Positions 58,377 to 64,000 of a stretch of DNA of 64,000 bases are shown here, piece after piece. Position 1 is the first letter of the stretch; every line of letters begins with the position of its first letter. The translations under genes were made by a program, and so were the position numbers. Source of the DNA: Patescibacteria group bacterium. GTDB taxonomy: Bacteria; Patescibacteriota; Patescibacteriia; 2-12-FULL-57-11. The notes beneath the pieces were generated by a model. That model searched no databases, was not told the DNA's origin, and saw only the letters and a list, made by a program, of their open reading frames with translations. The stretch lies in the NCBI GenBank assembly GCA_004297205.1, contig SCUL01000002.1, positions 381,418-445,417 on the forward strand. Direction: 5' to 3'.

Positions 58377-58405
58377 CTTTATATCAGAAAAGAAGCGTTT
58401 TGTCA
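58377..58405 (-). promoter_or_regulatory. Near-consensus sigma70 promoter (TTGACA-17-TATAAA) for the 700-aa gene
   Basis: In minus sense: cTTGACAaaacgcttcttttctgaTATAAAgacatg, in an AT-rich stretch. Implies a ~200-nt structured leader. Confidence 0.55.
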
Positions 58406-58452
58406 AGACTGCAATAGAGCCATTTTGGCCGTATTGAGGCGAAAAAAAGAGC

Positions 58453-59612
58453 TCACCACTCCTCCGCCGCGGGGGCGAAGGAAGCGATGAGCATCTCCAC
58501 GATCTTCGCGGGGTCGATGGCGACCGCCGGGAGATGGGGGTTGGCGAGCATCTTGTTGCCCGCCGTGAGGTCGTCGCGCCAGAAGTCGATCGGGGTCCCG
58601 AAGGGCCGACCGTGCTGCTCGAGCGCGTCTTCCTCTTCTTCGGTCGGCGGCCGGCCGAGCGCGGCGCGCCGCCAGGCGGCAACGGCCGCGTGCAGCGTGA
58701 TACCGCTGTTTTTGTCGGCCCGGCAGAAGAACCCGCCGTCCTCGAGCCGCAGCACCACGTTCGGCGCCTCGGTGTCGAAGAGCCAGTCCGCCAGATACGG
58801 CGAGGTGCTGTGGCAGACCGCCACGCGGATCGTCCCCTGCGGCGTGGCCGCCGGGATGATCCGTCCGAAGCCGACCAGCCAGTCGCGGGCCGCCGCCCGG
58901 CGCCCCATGTCGAGGTGCTGGCCGGCGTGCTCGAGGATGCACTCGTGCAGCCAGGGCGTGCCGGGCTGACGGCTCCAGGACCGGAGCCACGGGACGTTCA
59001 TGTCCCGCGGCGCGACGTTTCCGGCGCGGAACCGGCCGAGCGCGGCGCGCGCCAGGAAGCGGCAAGCCGCTTCCGCCTCGGCCGCGGGATAGACCCCGGC
59101 CTCGGCCAGCACCCACAGCGCCTGCACGGTCTCCGAGAGCGTCCCGGGGAACGTGCCGAACAGCGGGTCGCGCGCCGTCGGATCGCCGGCCAGGAGCTTC
59201 GGGAGCTCCGTGAGTCCGGCATAGTCCGGCGACGCCAGAAGCGTCTTCGGATCAAGGCCGCCCTCCCCGGGACAGACGCCGACGAGAATGGCGCGCTGGC
59301 GCTCCTCGTAGGCGACCGGCGCCAGGGTCCCCGCCTCGGGGATGTCCTTGCGCCACTCGGGTCCGACTGCCGCCCGCCGAATCCGGGCATCGGCCGCAAC
59401 GTGCGCGGCCAGGTCCGGATGGGTCGTGAGCACTTCGGCCGCGACCCAGCCCATGATGCCGCTGCGCGGAATCACGATCTCGGTCTTCTTCACGGTCGGT
59501 GCCTCGGCAGACACCGGCGCGGCCGCTGCGGCCGCCGTATCCACCACCCTGCGACGGGTCAATTGAGCCTCCGTCTTCCGGGGGAATATGGTCCCGGAAA
59601 GACCGCGCAACA
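58453..59612 (-). CDS. Hypothetical protein (uncharacterised)
   Basis: Long ORF 58453..59739. The start is uncertain; a candidate Met is near 59612 (MLRGLSG...), and the start coordinate is approximate to within 1 nt. No family recognised. Confidence 0.35.
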
Positions 59613-59846
59613 TACCACAATTCTTGCCCCAGGTCAACCCCCGTGCTAGAGTCGCGTCAGAAGTCTTGACCCGTCGAAACGGCAGCCTTCCGCGCCTGTT
59701 GTGCCTGTTGCCGACCACTTCGCCATGAGGATCGCTCACGCATTGCTTCTTTCTTTTCCCCGTCCGCCCCGCTGAGCGGGGCCGCTTTGCGTTACGTCTC
59801 CCGGCGTTTCCGGCAGCGGGTCTGGGCGCGGTCTGCCCTGACCCCT

Positions 59847-61370
59847 ATGTCCCCGCTTTCCATCATTCTGCTCCTCGTCGGCCTCGTTGCCGGCGGGGCG
59901 GTTGGCTATGTCCTGCGCCAGAAACTGGCCGCCGGCAAAATCGGCTCGGCCGAAACCAAGGCCGAACACATCGTGGCTGAGGCCGCCAAAAAAGCGCAGC
60001 AGGCCGCGCTCGACGCCACCGACAAGGCGCTCAAAATCGTCGAAGACGGCAAACGGGAAGCCGCCGCCCGCCGCAACGAAGTCTTGGAAACCCAGCAGCG
60101 GTTGGAAAAGCGCGAGGCGCTCTTCGACCAGAAGCTGATGGAGTTCCAGGACAAGGTGACGAAGCTCCAAGAGAAGGCCGCGGCCGTGGAAGCCGACCGC
60201 GCCGCCATCAGCACGCTCAAAGAGGAACAGATCGAAAAACTCCAGGCCATCGCCGGGCTGACCCGAGAGCAGGCCATCGAACGCATCACCGCGCTCGTCG
60301 AAGAATCGCAGAAGGAAGAAATCGTCTCGCGCATCCGCAAACTCGAACAGGTCACCGCGGACGAACTCGACGTCAAAGCCAAGAACATCCTGGCGACGAC
60401 CATCCAGCGGCTGGCCTCCTCGCACGCCGTCGACACCACGACGACCGCGGTGCAGCTGCCGGCCGACGACATGAAGGGCCGCATCATCGGCAAGGAAGGC
60501 CGCAACATCAAAGCCATCGAAAACCTCACGGGGTGCGAGCTCATCGTCGACGACACGCCGGGCATCATCACCATCTCCGGCTTTTCCCCGGTGCGCCGCC
60601 AGATCGCCAAGCGCGCGCTCGACAAGCTGCTGGCCGACGGGCGCATCCACCCGGGCCGCATCGAGGAGGCGGTCGATGAAGCCAAGAAGGAACTCAACAA
60701 CGACATGAAGAAAGCCGGCGAGGAAGCGCTCTACGCGCTCGGCATCACCGGCGTCGATCCGAAATTGATCCAGATTCTCGGCCGCCTCAAGTTCCGCACC
60801 AGCTACGGCCAGAACGCGCTGCTTCACTCCATGGAAGTGGCGCAGCTGGCCACCCTCATGGCCGAAGAGCTCGGCGCCGACATCACCGTCTGCAAAAAGG
60901 GCGGCCTGTTCCACGACATCGGCAAAGCCGTGGACCACGACATCCAGGGCTCGCACCCGGAGATCGGCTACAACATCATGAAGAAGTTCGGCTTCTCCGA
61001 GGAGCTCTGCTACCAGTCGATCGGCCACCACGAGGATAAGCCGAAGACGCTCGAAGCCGTGATCGTGAAGGCCGCCGATGCGATCAGCGGCGCCCGCCCC
61101 GGCGCGCGCAAGGACACCTTGGCCGAATACGTCCGCCGCCTCGAGGAACTGGAGAATGTGGCGACCTCGTTCCCGGGCGTCGAAAAGGCCTATGCCATCC
61201 AGGCCGGCCGCGACCTGCGCGTCTTCGTCTCGCCCAAGGCCGTCGACGACTTCGCCGCCTACAAGCTTGCCAAGGAGATCGCCAGCAAGATCGAGGCCGA
61301 CCTCAAGTACCCCGGCGAAATCCGCGTCACGGTGATCCGCGAAACGCGCGTCATCGAAACGGCCCGCTAA
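59847..61370 (+). CDS. rny: Ribonuclease Y
   Basis: Trimmed to MSPLSIILLLVGLVAGGAVGYVL (N-terminal TM anchor). Coiled-coil region, KH domain (GRIIGKEGRNIKAIE), and HD domain (HSMEVAQLA...HDIGKA). Confidence 0.93.
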   Translation: MSPLSIILLLVGLVAGGAVGYVLRQKLAAGKIGSAETKAEHIVAEAAKKAQQAALDATDKALKIVEDGKREAAARRNEVLETQQRLEKREALFDQKLMEFQDKVTKLQEKAAAVEADRAAISTLKEEQIEKLQAIAGLTREQAIERITALVEESQKEEIVSRIRKLEQVTADELDVKAKNILATTIQRLASSHAVDTTTTAVQLPADDMKGRIIGKEGRNIKAIENLTGCELIVDDTPGIITISGFSPVRRQIAKRALDKLLADGRIHPGRIEEAVDEAKKELNNDMKKAGEEALYALGITGVDPKLIQILGRLKFRTSYGQNALLHSMEVAQLATLMAEELGADITVCKKGGLFHDIGKAVDHDIQGSHPEIGYNIMKKFGFSEELCYQSIGHHEDKPKTLEAVIVKAADAISGARPGARKDTLAEYVRRLEELENVATSFPGVEKAYAIQAGRDLRVFVSPKAVDDFAAYKLAKEIASKIEADLKYPGEIRVTVIRETRVIETAR

Positions 61371-61374
61371 ACCC

Positions 61375-62175
61375 ATGGAGATCCTCGTCTTCGGGGACGT
61401 CATGGGCCGCGTCGGCCGGCGCGCGCTTGCGGCCGTGCTCCCCGCCTGGAAAAAGGCGTACGCACCAGACCTGGTGATCGCCAACGGCGAGAACCTGGCC
61501 CACGGCAAAGGCGTCACGGAATCCACGGCGCAGGAATTGTTCGACGCGGGCGTGCACCTGCTGACCGGGGGCAACCACACCTTCGAGGGCCACGGCGCAA
61601 TGATGCTGGCCCATCCGCTCTGGCAGGACCGCGTGCTGCGCCCCGACAACTACCCAAGCGACCGGCCCGGCAAAGGCGTCGTCGTCCTCGACGTCGGCGG
61701 CACGCCGGTGCTTGTGGTAAACTTGCTCTGCCGGGTGAAGATGCGTGACGGCGAATTGGTCGCCGATCCCTTCGCCGCCTTTGACCGCATCGTCGCGGCG
61801 CATCCTGAGGCCAAGATCGTGCTGGTCGACCTGCACGGCGAAATCACCTCGGAACGCGTCGGCTTCGGCTGGCACGCCGCGGGGCGCGCCGCCGCCGTCT
61901 GGGGGACGCACACCCATGTGCCGACCGCGGACACGCGCCTGCTCCCGCCGGGCACGGCCTTCCAGACCGACGTCGGCATGACCGGCTTCGCGGACGGCAT
62001 CATCGGCATCGACAAGGCCGCTCCCCTGAGCGCCTTCCGCAACGGCGAGCCGCTGCGCGGCGCCGAGATGCCGGAGAACGGCTACGCCGTGGTGAACGCC
62101 CTGCGCCTCACGGTCGACCCGGCCACCGGCCGCGCCACGCACGTCGAACGTTTGCAAGAATACGTCACCATTTAA
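61375..62175 (+). CDS. ymdB: YmdB-like 2',3'-cyclic-nucleotide phosphodiesterase (TIGR00282 metallophosphoesterase)
   Basis: 266 aa. Begins MEILVFGDVMGRVGRRAL...ANGENLAHGKG...GNHTF. In the conserved position downstream of rny. Confidence 0.8.
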   Translation: MEILVFGDVMGRVGRRALAAVLPAWKKAYAPDLVIANGENLAHGKGVTESTAQELFDAGVHLLTGGNHTFEGHGAMMLAHPLWQDRVLRPDNYPSDRPGKGVVVLDVGGTPVLVVNLLCRVKMRDGELVADPFAAFDRIVAAHPEAKIVLVDLHGEITSERVGFGWHAAGRAAAVWGTHTHVPTADTRLLPPGTAFQTDVGMTGFADGIIGIDKAAPLSAFRNGEPLRGAEMPENGYAVVNALRLTVDPATGRATHVERLQEYVTI

Positions 62176-62311
62176 GTAAATAGCAGAGGCCTCGCCGTTT
62201 GGATGCAGCGCGCGAAGGCCGCGAGGAGCGAAGGGAGTCGTACACATCGTACGGTGACCGAGCCCCGGAGCGGCCGACAAAGCGATGCGCCAAACGAGAG
62301 GCCGAGTGCAT

Positions 62312-62602
62312 ATGAACAAGGCAGAACTCGCAGCAGCCCTTGCAGAGAAACTGCAGCTCCCCAAGACCCAGACGGAGCGGATGATCGAAGAGACGACGGA
62401 GATCATCACGCAGACGCTCAAGTCCGGGGGAGAAGTGAACATCGCCGGCTTCGGCGCCTTCCTGGCCCGCACCCGCAAAGGCCGCACCGGCGTGAACCCG
62501 CGCAACCCCACCGAAAAGATCCAGATCGCCGACGTCACCGTGCCGAAGTTCAAGGCCGGAAAGAACCTCAAGGACGCGCTCAAAGAAAAACCCACCGCGT
62601 AG
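62312..62602 (+). CDS. hup: HU-family DNA-binding protein
   Basis: Trimmed to MNKAELAAALAEK... Contains GFGAF...R.GRNP (RTGVNPRNPTEKIQI). Confidence 0.9.
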   Translation: MNKAELAAALAEKLQLPKTQTERMIEETTEIITQTLKSGGEVNIAGFGAFLARTRKGRTGVNPRNPTEKIQIADVTVPKFKAGKNLKDALKEKPTA

Positions 62603-62615
62603 CGGAAATCAAAAA

Positions 62616-62640
62616 CGCCCCCGCGCAGGGGGCGTTTTGC
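62616..62640. terminator. Bidirectional rho-independent terminator (hup / proS convergent)
   Basis: aaaaaCGCCCCCgcgcaGGGGGCGuuuug. Confidence 0.8.
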
Positions 62641-62649
62641 GTTGACGGT

Positions 62650-63915
62650 TCAGGCGACGCGCAGTCCCACCCAGGCGCGGACCGCGTCGAGCAAATCATT
62701 CTTCGGGAGCAGGTCGGTTTTCTCGGAGCCACGTTCTTTCCACTCCACCGCGTCCTTGGCGAGCGTCTTCTCCGAAACGATCAAGCGCAGCGGAATGCCG
62801 ATGAGGTCGGCGTCGGCGAATTTTTCTCCGGGCGGCGCGTCACGATCATCCCAGAGCACTTCAAGTCCGCAGCCCTCGATGTCCTTCACGAGTTCTTCCG
62901 CGGCGGCCAGGACTTTGTCCGGATCCTTGCCGCCGATCGAGACCACGTGGATGTCGAAGGGTGCCGCGCCGCGCGGCCAGACGATCCCCTTGTCATCATG
63001 ATGGACTTCGACGATCGTCCCCATCACGCGCGAGGGGCCGATGCCGTAACAACCCATGAGGACCGATTGCGGTTTGCCGTCAGGACCCGCGACCTTGAAG
63101 TCGAATGCGTCGGTGAAGCGGGACTTCAGCGGGAAAATGTTGCCGACTTCGATGGCTTTGTCGGCTTTGATCGTCCCCTCCCCACACTTCGGACAAGTGT
63201 CGCCCTCCTTCACCTCGGCGATTTCCTTGTTCTGCGCAAAACCGCACGTGCAATGGAAGACCAGGTCTTCGCCGGATTCGGTCAGCACCTGGAACTCGTG
63301 GCTGAACTTGGAGAAGGCACCGCCGGACGCTTCGACGATCAACGCCTCGAGTCCGCAACGGCGGTAGACGTTGAAGTAGGCCTCCTTGGCGCGCTCGTAA
63401 TACTCCTCGAAGTCGGCTTCCGTGAGATGGAAGCTGTACATGTCCTTCATAGAAAACTCGCGGCCGCGCAACAGGCCCGACTTGGCGCGTGGTTCGTTCC
63501 GGAATTTGTCCTGGATCTGGTAGACGGAGGTCGGCAGATCCTTGTAGGACTTCACGAACTGCTGCACGAGCGGAGTCACGATCTCCTCGTGCGTCGAGCC
63601 GAGCGCGTACTCCTTGCCGCCGTGGCCTTCCAGCTTGAACAGCACGTCGATCTCGTCCCAACGGCCGGTCGTCGTCCACGGTTCCTTCGGCGTGAGCGCG
63701 GGCATCAGCACTTCCTGGGCGCCGAGCGCGTTCATCTCCTCGCGGATGACGTTCTTGATCTTGTCGAGGACGCGCAGGCCGAGCGGGAGATACGTGTAGA
63801 TGCCGGCGGCGAGCTGGCTGGTGTAGCCGCCTTGCACCAGGAGGCGGGCATTGGCCGAATCGGCATCGTGCGGCGCGGTCTTCGAGGTCTTGGCGAACAG
63901 CTGGGAGTAGCGCAT
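62650..63915 (-). CDS. proS: Prolyl-tRNA synthetase, short form lacking the INS editing domain
   Basis: 421 aa with class II motifs and a C-terminal zinc-binding region (CPKCGEG). Begins MRYSQLFAKTSKTAPHDA. Its length is about 150 aa shorter than bacterial-type ProRS with an editing domain. Confidence 0.9.
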   Translation of the reverse strand: MRYSQLFAKTSKTAPHDADSANARLLVQGGYTSQLAAGIYTYLPLGLRVLDKIKNVIREEMNALGAQEVLMPALTPKEPWTTTGRWDEIDVLFKLEGHGGKEYALGSTHEEIVTPLVQQFVKSYKDLPTSVYQIQDKFRNEPRAKSGLLRGREFSMKDMYSFHLTEADFEEYYERAKEAYFNVYRRCGLEALIVEASGGAFSKFSHEFQVLTESGEDLVFHCTCGFAQNKEIAEVKEGDTCPKCGEGTIKADKAIEVGNIFPLKSRFTDAFDFKVAGPDGKPQSVLMGCYGIGPSRVMGTIVEVHHDDKGIVWPRGAAPFDIHVVSIGGKDPDKVLAAAEELVKDIEGCGLEVLWDDRDAPPGEKFADADLIGIPLRLIVSEKTLAKDAVEWKERGSEKTDLLPKNDLLDAVRAWVGLRVA

Positions 63916-64000
63916 AACGGGAAAAATCTATCATGATCCGACGCATTTGTCATGCTGGATGGAGCAAAGGATTCTTTCAGCCCTTGTGCGAGGAAAAATG

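Overview
This is a high-GC (about 65-70% by eye) bacterial chromosomal segment, densely packed with core genes, most of them on the minus strand.

Main gene content:
- purL-purQ, a DD-carboxypeptidase, scpB-scpA, and a free-standing YbaK/ProX-type deacylase.
- Aminoacyl-tRNA synthetase genes aspS, asnS, leuS and proS.
- recO-ruvX-map.
- A contiguous str/S10/spc ribosomal supercluster: rpsL-rpsG-fusA-[98-aa ORF]-tuf-rpsJ-[295-nt spacer]-rplC...rplO-secY.
- glmS, gdhA, trxB-trxA, infB, truB, rny-ymdB, hup, ndk-comEC.
- Two tRNAs: an initiator-like tRNA-Met(CAU) and tRNA-Pro(GGG).

Several traits point to Candidate Phyla Radiation/Patescibacteria-like reduced-genome bacteria, although the GC content is high for that group:
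- No rpmD (L30) between rpsE and rplO.
- ComEC reduced to the membrane competence domain.
- Short archaeal-type AspRS.
- ProRS without an editing domain, alongside a trans-editing YbaK homologue.
- Lys/Ala-rich tails on many proteins.

The standout feature is a complete diversity-generating retroelement (DGR) inserted between infB and truB. It consists of:
- A reverse transcriptase with the DGR-type motif-4 signature (LGNLTSQ) and YCDD.
- An Avd four-helix-bundle gene in inverted orientation.
- A 136-bp template repeat and a 136-bp variable repeat at the 3' end of a 283-aa target gene with no signal peptide and no recognisable C-type lectin fold. The two repeats differ at exactly 15 positions, all of them template adenines.

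Other points of interest:
- An operon coupling a CHASE2 adenylate cyclase, a FecR-domain protein and two uncharacterised proteins.
- Several AT-richer islets carrying hypothetical genes; one has a C-terminal Rx4-6H (HEPN-like) motif.
- A candidate ~200-nt structured RNA ending in a strong terminator.
- A long structured 5' UTR behind a near-consensus promoter for a 700-aa orphan protein.

No CRISPR array, rRNA gene or insertion sequence was seen.
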